Virus record (IMG/VR): IMGVR_UViG_3300044771_000011
Span: 1 to 43,925 of that record
DNA length: 43,925 nt
Strand: one strand, 5' to 3'
Origin: a virus
Every line of letters begins with the position of its first letter. Within the stretch, counting starts at the first letter, position 1. A program made the position numbers and the translations under genes. A model generated the notes under the pieces. The model saw only the letters and a program-made list of their open reading frames with translations, was not told the origin of the DNA and made no database searches. Shown here in pieces: positions 1 to 8,802 of the stretch.

Positions 1-127
1 GCAATGAGCAAAGCCGGTAAATCTAAAAAGTAACAAGCAACTATCAAATGGTAGTTGCTTTTCTTATACCTATTTTTAAGGAGGAATGACATATGCCAGA
101 CGAAATAACCGAATCGACACAGGATAA
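1..127. repeat. Terminal direct repeat, copy 1 (identical to 43799-43925)
   Basis: Base-by-base comparison: gcaatgagcaaagccgg...cgacacaggataa occurs at both contig ends. Consistent with a circular assembly overlap or terminal redundancy. Confidence 0.95.
35..65 (+). terminator. Rho-independent terminator (duplicate of 43833-43863 inside the terminal repeat)
   Basis: AAGCAACTA, 8-nt loop, TAGTTGCTT, then TTTTCTT. Confidence 0.6.
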
Positions 128-656
128 CACCGAAGTCGTAGAGGTGACAACTACACCGGAAACAAGTATAGAAACAGAAAGTACTAATGACCAAGCAACA
201 GAACCAACAACAACCGAACAACTAGGTGCACCTGAACAATATACCGAATTCACTGTGCCAGAAAATTTCAGCGCACCTATTGACGATTTTAAAACGTGGG
301 CGAAAGAAAATAATATGACACAGGAAAAGGCGCAGTCTACAGTAGATTTCTACACAAATAAGATTGCACCGCAAATGCAAGCGCAGCATGAAGTTAAAGT
401 TGCAGAATGGGTAACAGAAAGCACAACGAAATATGGTAAAGATGGGATTGAAGCGGCCAACAAAGCGTTGAGCCGTTTTTCTACGCCTGAATTTACTGCA
501 TTTCTGCAAGAGACAGGATTAGGAAACTATCACGAGATGATTGGTATTTTCAAGAACATTAATTCAAAAATATCAGAATCAAGTTTCGTTGATTCAAAAA
601 CAACGGAGTCAAAACCAAAAACACTGGGACAAATTATGTACCCAGATATGAAATAG
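93..656 (+). CDS. Putative head scaffolding protein
   Basis: AAGGAGG lies 7 nt upstream of the ATG. Acidic T/E-rich N-terminus. Sits directly upstream of the major capsid gene, as T7 gp9 does. Assignment is positional only. Confidence 0.45.
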   Translation: MPDEITESTQDNTEVVEVTTTPETSIETESTNDQATEPTTTEQLGAPEQYTEFTVPENFSAPIDDFKTWAKENNMTQEKAQSTVDFYTNKIAPQMQAQHEVKVAEWVTESTTKYGKDGIEAANKALSRFSTPEFTAFLQETGLGNYHEMIGIFKNINSKISESSFVDSKTTESKPKTLGQIMYPDMK

Positions 657-670
657 GAGGAATATAAAAT

Positions 671-1672
671 ATGGCTACATTAGGTGGAGATAGAATTACA
701 TGGAAGGATTACGCTTCCCAACAAGACCCAGACGGCAAGGCTGCCAGAATCATTGATATTCTTGCAGAACAAAATGACATTTTAGATGATATGTATGTCG
801 TTGCTGGGAATAAAGAATATGGGTTACAAACAACTCAATTAGCTTCTGATCCTACCGTTACTATTCGTGGTATCAATCAAGGGGCAGTAGGAACAAAAGG
901 TTCATTCAAACAGTTAATTGCAAACGCAGCTTTATTTACTGCGCTAGGGCAAGTTGATAAAGAACTTGTTGAGGCAGCAGAAGATCAGGCAGGGTTTAGA
1001 GCAAATTCTAACAAGCCTTTTATTGGTGCAATGGGTAAAAAACTTGCTAGTGAATTATTTTTCGGAGCAAAGGCTGATAACGCACAATCTTTTGACGGAC
1101 TTACTTCTTTCTATAGTGCTACTACTAAGGCTGATTATGGTGATTATACTTTTAAAGCTGGTGGAACAGGAACCGACAATCGGTCTATTTGGTTAATTGA
1201 CTGGGGCGAAGATTCTGTTTGTGGTTTCTATCCTAAAAACACGGAAGTTGGTTTGACTCATAAAGACTATGGTGAGGAACTTGTTACTTTAGATGATGGA
1301 AGTTACTGGCCTGCATATCGTGATTTATGGGAATGGAGAGCAGGTATCGCAGTACGTAACTACAAGAAAGTTGTTCGTGTTGCAAATATTGACGCCTCAA
1401 CCTTGTTGACTATTGGTAGTGGTTCAGACACTTCCCCAGATTTGCTTGATCTTATGATTGATGCGATTGAAAGCGTACCAAACCTTTCACCACGTGCAAG
1501 ATTCTATTGTGGTAGAAACGTTCGTACTGCCTTTGTTAAGAAAGCTTTGAATAAATCAAATATGTTCTTGACTATGGACAAAATGGCTAACGAACGTGTT
1601 GTTCCTTCATTTCTTGGTGTTCCAATTCGCTTGTGCGAAGCTTTAGACGTAGACGAAGATTTAATTGTTTAA
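671..1672 (+). CDS. Major capsid protein (HK97-fold, podovirus type)
   Basis: 333 aa with a GGAGGA SD, following the scaffold gene. The ILAEQNDILDDM and ELFFG stretches resemble BPP-1/epsilon15-type capsid proteins, recalled from memory. Confidence 0.75.
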   Translation: MATLGGDRITWKDYASQQDPDGKAARIIDILAEQNDILDDMYVVAGNKEYGLQTTQLASDPTVTIRGINQGAVGTKGSFKQLIANAALFTALGQVDKELVEAAEDQAGFRANSNKPFIGAMGKKLASELFFGAKADNAQSFDGLTSFYSATTKADYGDYTFKAGGTGTDNRSIWLIDWGEDSVCGFYPKNTEVGLTHKDYGEELVTLDDGSYWPAYRDLWEWRAGIAVRNYKKVVRVANIDASTLLTIGSGSDTSPDLLDLMIDAIESVPNLSPRARFYCGRNVRTAFVKKALNKSNMFLTMDKMANERVVPSFLGVPIRLCEALDVDEDLIV

Positions 1673-1692
1673 TAAAGGGAGGATAAAAATAT

Positions 1693-2100
1693 ATGTATGA
1701 TGTTGAATTAAGTTTTACAAAACAAACTGATGGTACAGCAATGCAGGCGGTAACAGTTACCGTCGCTTCTACTAATATACTTAATCTTGGTTCTGCTGGT
1801 AATTTTTTCAGACCTGCTTATTTACACTTAAGGGTTACGGAAACATTTACCGCTGCTGGCGCTGGTACTCTTACAACTGTACTACAAAGTGATAGTGCTG
1901 CAACTTTTGGAAGTCCTGCAACATTAGAAACATTAATGACAACTGCAGCCTTGGCAACATTGGTTGACGGTTATCATCTTGTATTCCCATTGCATCATCA
2001 AAATATGGAACAGTTTTTACGGCTTTACTTTACTGTTGCTACTGGACCGATGACTGCTGGTAAGATTGTTGCCTATATTAATGATTCCCCTGAATTGTAA
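1693..2100 (+). CDS. Capsid decoration/cement protein candidate
   Basis: 135 aa, beta-rich and A/T/G-rich, immediately after the capsid gene with a GGGAGGA SD. Resembles the BPP-1 cement protein position. Tentative. Confidence 0.35.
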   Translation: MYDVELSFTKQTDGTAMQAVTVTVASTNILNLGSAGNFFRPAYLHLRVTETFTAAGAGTLTTVLQSDSAATFGSPATLETLMTTAALATLVDGYHLVFPLHHQNMEQFLRLYFTVATGPMTAGKIVAYINDSPEL

Positions 2101-2112
2101 GAGGTGTTTTAA

Positions 2113-2400
2113 ATGATCTATACCGAATATATGGCAAAAAAAAGAGCTTATATTAATGGTAAACTTTATATCCAGGGCGATGTATTAAAACATTACCCTG
2201 GGTTAGAAAAAAGAAAATCGTTTCGTGGTATTGGTGAACCATTGATCGCTGACGAAGAAATTGACAATGACGAAGAAGACACAAACGAAGACGAAATAAA
2301 ACGTGGTTTTCGCGGTAGTTGGAAACTTCCAAATGGTGATGTTTTTACAGGAAAACGAACAGAAGCAAAAGAGCATTGGAATAAAATAAAGAACAATTAA
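2113..2400 (+). CDS. Hypothetical virion-module protein with an acidic centre
   Basis: 95-aa ORF containing the DEEIDNDEEDTNEDE run. Followed by a strong hairpin terminator. Confidence 0.5.
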   Translation: MIYTEYMAKKRAYINGKLYIQGDVLKHYPGLEKRKSFRGIGEPLIADEEIDNDEEDTNEDEIKRGFRGSWKLPNGDVFTGKRTEAKEHWNKIKNN

Positions 2401-2404
2401 TAAT

Positions 2405-2430
2405 GGGGCGTTTAATTACGCCCCTATTTA
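2405..2430 (+). terminator. Rho-independent (probably partial) terminator after the capsid genes
   Basis: GGGGCG, 8-nt loop, CGCCCC, then TATTTAT. Confidence 0.6.
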
Positions 2431-2446
2431 TATGGAGGATATGAAA

Positions 2447-3037
2447 ATGTCAACATCAAAAACAGATATTTGCAATCTAGCCTTATCCCGTTTTGGTGGG
2501 GGCAAGATTAATTCCTTAGATGACGGAACGGAAACAGCTAGATTATTAGATTTAAATTATAATAATTGCCTTGAATCGGCATTAAGGGACTTCCCTTGGA
2601 ACTTTGCACGTAACATACGTGTGCTCGCCTTAACAGATGATACTGCCGTTGGATATGATTATGTATATCAGTATCCTGCTAACTGTGTCAATGTTTTGCG
2701 AGTTTATGCAGAAAACAATTCTCGTAAGAAAGAAAAAGACGAGTTTAAAATATTTACAAATGGAAACGAAAAATTTATCGCTACTGATGTTGAAAATGCT
2801 TATGTGGAATTTACATATAAAGTAATCGTTCCAGATATCTATGATGCTTTGTTTATTAAGGCATTTAGTTATCAATTGGCGGCAGAGATTGTTAATGCTA
2901 AAAATGGTAATTCTCAAAAGGCACAGGAGATGGCACAGAAGTACCAGATAGCTATTGCAGAAGCACAGCATATGGGAGCAGTAGAAACAAGCATACCTTT
3001 TGAATTACCTACGTCATATTTAAAAGGAAGGTCGTAA
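2447..3037 (+). CDS. Head-to-tail adaptor / tail tubular protein A-like (T7 gp11 position)
   Basis: The N-terminus DICNLALSRFGGGKINSLDD...FPWNFA is typical of podoviral adaptor proteins. GGAGGA lies 7 nt before ATG 2447. The track's earlier ATG 2432 lacks an SD. Confidence 0.5.
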   Translation: MSTSKTDICNLALSRFGGGKINSLDDGTETARLLDLNYNNCLESALRDFPWNFARNIRVLALTDDTAVGYDYVYQYPANCVNVLRVYAENNSRKKEKDEFKIFTNGNEKFIATDVENAYVEFTYKVIVPDIYDALFIKAFSYQLAAEIVNAKNGNSQKAQEMAQKYQIAIAEAQHMGAVETSIPFELPTSYLKGRS

Positions 3038-3038
3038 T

Positions 3039-5693
3039 ATGGCTAATATTTATACTAAACAATCTTCTTTTGCTAACGGTGAAGTTTCATATGACATGTG
3101 GGGGCGTGATGATTACGCCAAGTATTTTGTAAGTGCTAAGACGTTAGAAAACTTCATGCCATTGCCATATGGTGGAGCACAGAACAGACCAGGAACAAAG
3201 TTTATTGCAGAGGTAAAGGATTCATCAAAAAAGGTGAAACTTTTACCTTTTCAATTTAGTGTAGAACAGGCTTATATTATTGAGGCAGGAGAAAATTACT
3301 TCCGATATTATAAAGATGGTGGTCAGATCATTAATTCGACAGCTGATACCTGGGTAACTTCAACATCATATTCAATTGATGATTATGTAACTAATACTTT
3401 AATTTATCGTTGTATATTGGCGCATACATCGGGGGCAACAACTGAACCAGGAGTTGGAACATCGTGGGCAACATACTGGATTCAAAACGCAACAGTTGAA
3501 ACAACCACAACATATAATGAAGATTATTTATTTAATCTTAAAACAGCACAATCAGCCGATACTTTATATTTATGTAATTCTAATTACAAGCCTAAAACAT
3601 TGACTAGATCAAGTCATTACGACTGGACGTTAGCTGACTTTTCATACGAAAATGGACCATTCAGAGTTCAAAACATCACTTCTACTACCGTTACTCCTAG
3701 CGCTGTAACAGGAACAGGAATAACAGTAACAGCTTCATCTAGTATATTTACAACTAATCAAGTTGGATCTTTATTCCAAATTAGTCACGATGTAACAGGA
3801 CAAGCGTTAAATTTAACTCTTACTGCTACAACCACAAGTACTACAATAAAATGCAATGGTAATTGGGCATTAGTTACCCATGGATCATGGTCAGGAAAGA
3901 TAGAAGTACAATGGTCTAAAGATACAGGGGCAACGTGGCAAACAATACGTTCTTATACTTCCACTTCTGATATAAATATTAATGATTCTGGGAAAACAAG
4001 CGAATTGGTGTTACTAAGAATTAATTATACTCATATATCTGGTACCTGTTATGCTGATTTAAACGCCTATTCATTTGCTCATGATGGTGTTGTTGAGATA
4101 ACAGGGTATACCAGCGGAACGGTAGTAATCGGCAACGTATTAAAAGATATAGCTTTTCTTACTGCCACAAAAGATTGGGCAGAAGGATCATGGTCCACTA
4201 AAAACGGATACCCAAGTTGTGTTAAATTCTATCAGAATAGATTAGGATTTGCAGGAAGTACGAAGGATCCACTAACATTATGGTTATCACAAACAGGAGA
4301 CTATCCTAACTTTCTTGTTAATACCCCTACAGAGGATTCAGATTCTATAACAGCGCCACTTGTCAGTGAAGGAGTTAACTCCATTAGGTCAATGGTATCT
4401 ATCGGTAATATGATTGCATTTACAGCAGGTGGTACATGGAAAATAGGTACTGGTAGTGAAAGTTCTGCATTAACTCCTACTACTGTTAGAGCGTTACAAC
4501 AAGGATATATAGGGTCTTCAACACTTAACCCTATTATAGTTGGTAGTAGAATATTATATTGTCAAGAAATGGGTAGTACTGTACGAGATATTAGTTATCA
4601 ATTGGCTGATGATGTTTACAAGGGTGATGACATGACCATGTTGGCACGTCATTTGTTTAAAAATTATGATATTGTTGATTGGGCATTCCAGCAAGAACCT
4701 GACGGAATTGTATGGGCGGTAAGAAGTGATGGTATTCTACTTAGTTTCACTTATAACAAGGAACAAGATGTATACGCATGGGCTAGACACATAACTGACG
4801 GTGAATATGAGAGTGTCGTTGCTATACCAGGTAATGGTTATACAGAAATATACTTTGCTGTCAGAAGAGAAATAAACGGAGTATATAAAAGATACATTGA
4901 AAAGTTGGTCCCTAGAATGGTAACTACAGACCCTAGAGATCAGTTTTTTGTTGATTGTGGATTGACATTAGATAATCCAATTACAATAACAGGAGCAACG
5001 AAAACTAGTCCTGTTGTAATCACCGCCATTGCTCACGGGCTTACCAATGGAAATTTTGTTGACATATCAGACGTTAAAGGGATGACAGAATTAAACGGTA
5101 TGCGTTATAAGGTTGCTAATAAAACTACCGATACATTCCAATTAGTAAATATGGACACTGATATAAATATTGATGGTACAGGTTATACCACTTATAAATC
5201 AAGTGGATATGTACGAAAATGTGTTATTTCGGTATCTGGATTAAGCCATCTAGAAGGTGAAACAGTAACGATATTAGCTGATGGTAGTGTAAATAGCCCA
5301 CAGGTAGTAACCAGTGGAAGTGTAACACTTGATGATTATGCTAGTAGGGTGCATGTAGGACTGGGATATGAATGTAACTTAGAAACACTTAATATAGATT
5401 TCCCGATGAAAGACGGAACCATACAAGGACGTACAAAGGCAATTAGAAATGTTACTGTTAGGTTTGAAAATACTTATGGTGGTTTTGTTGGCATAAATGG
5501 TGATAATAACTTAGAAATAATTGAGCAAACATTATCGCCTATTATGGGTAAGCCAGGAGAATTAGTGACTGGTGATAAAAAAGTTTCACCTTACGCTGAA
5601 CTTGACACTAACGCAACTGTATATATTAGGCAATCAGATCCTTTGCCAATGACGGTACTTGCTATTATGTCGGAGATAGAAATCGGAGCGTGA
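3039..5693 (+). CDS. Tail tubular protein B / nozzle-like protein (T7 gp12 position)
   Basis: 884 aa. The N-terminus FANGEVSYDMWGRDDYAKY...ENF...GGAQNRPGT is characteristic of podoviral nozzle/stabilisation proteins. Contains a VITAIAHGLTNGNFVDISDVKGMTELNGMRYKV beta-domain motif. Confidence 0.55.
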   Translation: MANIYTKQSSFANGEVSYDMWGRDDYAKYFVSAKTLENFMPLPYGGAQNRPGTKFIAEVKDSSKKVKLLPFQFSVEQAYIIEAGENYFRYYKDGGQIINSTADTWVTSTSYSIDDYVTNTLIYRCILAHTSGATTEPGVGTSWATYWIQNATVETTTTYNEDYLFNLKTAQSADTLYLCNSNYKPKTLTRSSHYDWTLADFSYENGPFRVQNITSTTVTPSAVTGTGITVTASSSIFTTNQVGSLFQISHDVTGQALNLTLTATTTSTTIKCNGNWALVTHGSWSGKIEVQWSKDTGATWQTIRSYTSTSDININDSGKTSELVLLRINYTHISGTCYADLNAYSFAHDGVVEITGYTSGTVVIGNVLKDIAFLTATKDWAEGSWSTKNGYPSCVKFYQNRLGFAGSTKDPLTLWLSQTGDYPNFLVNTPTEDSDSITAPLVSEGVNSIRSMVSIGNMIAFTAGGTWKIGTGSESSALTPTTVRALQQGYIGSSTLNPIIVGSRILYCQEMGSTVRDISYQLADDVYKGDDMTMLARHLFKNYDIVDWAFQQEPDGIVWAVRSDGILLSFTYNKEQDVYAWARHITDGEYESVVAIPGNGYTEIYFAVRREINGVYKRYIEKLVPRMVTTDPRDQFFVDCGLTLDNPITITGATKTSPVVITAIAHGLTNGNFVDISDVKGMTELNGMRYKVANKTTDTFQLVNMDTDINIDGTGYTTYKSSGYVRKCVISVSGLSHLEGETVTILADGSVNSPQVVTSGSVTLDDYASRVHVGLGYECNLETLNIDFPMKDGTIQGRTKAIRNVTVRFENTYGGFVGINGDNNLEIIEQTLSPIMGKPGELVTGDKKVSPYAELDTNATVYIRQSDPLPMTVLAIMSEIEIGA

Positions 5694-5697
5694 TTAG

Positions 5698-6117
5698 ATG
5701 CTTAACTTAAGAGAAGCTACATTAGATGATTTTTCAAATTTTGAATTGCATCAAAAGAATATTGACGAATTAAAAGCTTATTTAACGGTTGAGATAGATG
5801 TAATTATGGCATTATTATGGGACAATTCGCAAGACAAGACAATAGTATTTATTGATGATAAGCCTGCTTGTTTGTTGGGTGTAATAAACTCAACAGAAGT
5901 ATGGCTTTTCTTTTCTAAAGATATTGATAAACTTCCTCTTAGCTTTTTCAAACTAGGAAAAAAATTTATTGCTAAATACGATTATTTGCAAGGACATATT
6001 TATTCAGAAAATACTTTCGCTTTGCAATGGGCAAAGTTCATGGGATTTACAATTGAAGAACCAAAACCATACGGAGAACAAGGTAAATTATTTCATAAAT
6101 TTTATAAATGGTGGTGA
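5698..6117 (+). CDS. Small virion-module protein (T7 gp13 position)
   Basis: 139 aa, lying directly between the nozzle gene and the internal virion protein genes. Function inferred from position only. Confidence 0.35.
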   Translation: MLNLREATLDDFSNFELHQKNIDELKAYLTVEIDVIMALLWDNSQDKTIVFIDDKPACLLGVINSTEVWLFFSKDIDKLPLSFFKLGKKFIAKYDYLQGHIYSENTFALQWAKFMGFTIEEPKPYGEQGKLFHKFYKWW

Positions 6118-6121
6118 TTAT

Positions 6122-6595
6122 ATGTGTGGACCAGGAGTGGGAATGATTGGTAATGTACTTGGTACTAGTATGCAAATGAATGCTGCAACAAATCAAGCAA
6201 ATTATCAAGCTGGTATTGCTAATCAGAATGCTTCGATAGCGCAGGCACAGGCAGTATCAACAGGGCAACAAGGAACTAATGAGCAAATACAGATCAGACA
6301 AAAAGCGACACAGGTTGCAGGATCTCAAAAGGCCGCACTTTCAGCAAGCGGATTAGACATTCAAGCAGGAACTCCACTATCAATATTGGCTGATACTGCT
6401 ACACAGAGCGAACAGGACGTACAGACGTCGCGTTATAATACAGCAATGCAGATGTGGGGATTAAATAATCAAGCGAATCAATATAAGGCAGAAGCATCAA
6501 ATGCAATACAGGCAGGAAAAAACGCTTCAAAGTCTGCTTTGCTTAGTGGTATTACTACCGCAGTAAAACAATATTCAGAATATAAAAAGAAATAA
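6122..6595 (+). CDS. Internal virion/ejection protein candidate (T7 gp14 position)
   Basis: GGTGGTGA SD lies 5 nt before ATG 6122. N-terminus MCGPGVGMIGNVLG is glycine-zipper-like; the rest is Q/A/N-rich. The track's longer ORF from 5969 overlaps the previous gene and has no SD. Confidence 0.4.
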   Translation: MCGPGVGMIGNVLGTSMQMNAATNQANYQAGIANQNASIAQAQAVSTGQQGTNEQIQIRQKATQVAGSQKAALSASGLDIQAGTPLSILADTATQSEQDVQTSRYNTAMQMWGLNNQANQYKAEASNAIQAGKNASKSALLSGITTAVKQYSEYKKK

Positions 6596-6611
6596 ATGGT
6601 GGTGAATTAAA

Positions 6612-8792
6612 TTGCCTACAGTTCCAATATATACTAATCAAGTACAACAACAGACGTTACCTAGTTTTAGAGTTCAATCTACCGCCCCTACAGAAGCGTT
6701 TGGTGGTGGATTAGGTCAAACAATCAGCAACATTGGTCAAGAAGCATTTAATATGCAACAGCAAGAACAGGCTAGACTTAATCAAATAGCAGTAGCAAAC
6801 GCAACTAGCAATACTCAAAAAGTATTAACTCCATTGCAAAATGATTTATTAACTAAAATGGGAACTAACGCATTAGGAACAGTAGAAACAAAAGATAATC
6901 CATCCACTCCAGCCATATCACAAGATTTTCAAAAGCAATCTGATAATATATATAAAACAACTTATGATTCTCTTTCTAACGAAACTCAAAAAACGCAATA
7001 TAAACAATGGTATGATTCTATTCATATAGGTATGTATCAATCAGTATTAAACCATGAAAAAAAACAAATAGAGGTCGCTCATACAGTTGCAAATGAATCA
7101 CAATTAAACTCCAATTCCGAGGCATTTACTTCGAATGTATTGATGGGTAATTACGCACAAGCAAATAATAGTTTGCGTTCTGGCATTGTTTTATCTGATT
7201 CTATGGGCAGCATTAATGGTGTTCCTAAAGAAACGCAAGATGAAAACCATAATAAATATATTTATGGAAACATTGGTAAGACTGTTGACATTTTGATTGC
7301 CAATAACAGGCCAGAAGATGCCAAGAAACTAATCGACTATTACGGTGATAAACTTCCAGAAGCGCAAAAGGCTATTAATATGTCAAAAATAAATCCTTCA
7401 TTAGAGAAAAATGAAACAGATACTTATGTTGAGTCACTAAAGAAAGATCCAACTATGATTAATCCTGATGGAACACCTAATGCAATAGCAATGAACGCAG
7501 CAGCAGAAGTTAAATATAGAAACAGAACAAGAACTGTAACTAAGCCTGGCACTCCTGGTGTTCCCGGTGCTGATAGTATGTATAATGCTGCGAAAATAGT
7601 TTCACAGCAAACAGGAATCCCAACAGATTTTATATATGGACAAATGTATCATGAGTCTGGTGGGTTTAATAGTCAGTTAGCAAGAGAAAATTTTAACTTT
7701 GCAGGACTTACACAAAACGAACCAAATGGCATAGAAAATAAACAGCCAGATGGTAGTAATTATTATAAACAATATAGTTCTGTCGAAGAATTTGCCAAAG
7801 ATTATGGAAAGTTTTTAAATAATTACAAAGGTTTATCTGGTGCAAAATCTCCTGCTGAATACGCAAAATTATTACATGATCAAGGATATTATGTAGAAGA
7901 CCCTAACCAAAAGACTCCCGAACAGGCTGTAAATGATTATACTGCTGGACTGAATAGCGGAATAAGTAATATAGGAACAGGGACAGGAGGAACGACAGGT
8001 ACACCAACAACCTATGAACAAGTACCATCACCAGATTTGATAGGATTACAATTAGCGAAGGCAAGAATAGCACAGGTTGTAGCCGAGGGTAATGCACAGC
8101 ATAAGCAAATGATAGATAATAATATGTATCAGTTCGATCAATGGCTTACGCAGACAAAGCCAACAACGGTATCGGCGATACAAGCACAGGCGCAGTCAAT
8201 GGGATTCCAAGGTCCTGACTTGATAAATGCCATTGCTAAAGGAAAACAATATGCTGGACTTCTTAAAGTAGAAGAAAATGAAAATAGTGCAGTATTGTTT
8301 GAAGAAGCATTAGGTAAAATGTATAACGGTGAAATAACTACCAAAGGAGAACTTGATTCACAATATGGCGGTTCTCTTCCATATAGCAAATTAATTACTC
8401 TTGGTAATTCATTAAAACGTGAAACTAAATGGGCAACTACCGAAAATTTAATGGCATTCAATGGCGTTATAAAAGACAAAGGAATTAAAAGCGGAACTGA
8501 AAAGACTAAAATATACGAAAAAATAAATCAACATGTAGCAGAAAATATGTCAAAAGGGATACCAATAACTTCACAAGATATAACTGATTGGGCGCAGGAA
8601 CAGACGCAAAAAGTAATATTAAGCAGAAATTATATTAGTAAAAACGAAACAATAGATACAGCGTTTATACCTAGTGTATGGAATATTACTTCTGAGGGAG
8701 TTTTCACCCCAGAAGGTATTCAAATTACCAAATCAAAAGACGGTAAATTCTATACTACTAAAAATGGTGTAGATATAGAAGTTCAACCATAA
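6612..8792 (+). CDS. Internal virion protein with a lysozyme-like (glucosaminidase/SLT superfamily) domain (T7 gp15 position)
   Basis: 726 aa with a TTG start after GGTGGTGA. The motif YGQMYHESGGFNSQLARENFNFAGLTQ matches the catalytic Glu-Ser region of FlgJ-type glucosaminidases and SLT enzymes. Confidence 0.65.
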   Translation: MPTVPIYTNQVQQQTLPSFRVQSTAPTEAFGGGLGQTISNIGQEAFNMQQQEQARLNQIAVANATSNTQKVLTPLQNDLLTKMGTNALGTVETKDNPSTPAISQDFQKQSDNIYKTTYDSLSNETQKTQYKQWYDSIHIGMYQSVLNHEKKQIEVAHTVANESQLNSNSEAFTSNVLMGNYAQANNSLRSGIVLSDSMGSINGVPKETQDENHNKYIYGNIGKTVDILIANNRPEDAKKLIDYYGDKLPEAQKAINMSKINPSLEKNETDTYVESLKKDPTMINPDGTPNAIAMNAAAEVKYRNRTRTVTKPGTPGVPGADSMYNAAKIVSQQTGIPTDFIYGQMYHESGGFNSQLARENFNFAGLTQNEPNGIENKQPDGSNYYKQYSSVEEFAKDYGKFLNNYKGLSGAKSPAEYAKLLHDQGYYVEDPNQKTPEQAVNDYTAGLNSGISNIGTGTGGTTGTPTTYEQVPSPDLIGLQLAKARIAQVVAEGNAQHKQMIDNNMYQFDQWLTQTKPTTVSAIQAQAQSMGFQGPDLINAIAKGKQYAGLLKVEENENSAVLFEEALGKMYNGEITTKGELDSQYGGSLPYSKLITLGNSLKRETKWATTENLMAFNGVIKDKGIKSGTEKTKIYEKINQHVAENMSKGIPITSQDITDWAQEQTQKVILSRNYISKNETIDTAFIPSVWNITSEGVFTPEGIQITKSKDGKFYTTKNGVDIEVQP

Positions 8793-8802
8793 GGGGGGCA
8801 TT

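Noticed and set aside
5969-6121. Longer versions of several ORFs in the track (5969, 18159, 20264, 29093, 29886, 32791, 33405, 37011 on the - strand, 40774)
   Set aside because: The upstream extensions overlap the preceding gene and lack SDs. Internal ATGs sit 5-9 nt after strong AGGAGG/GGTGG motifs, so the shorter coordinates were used.
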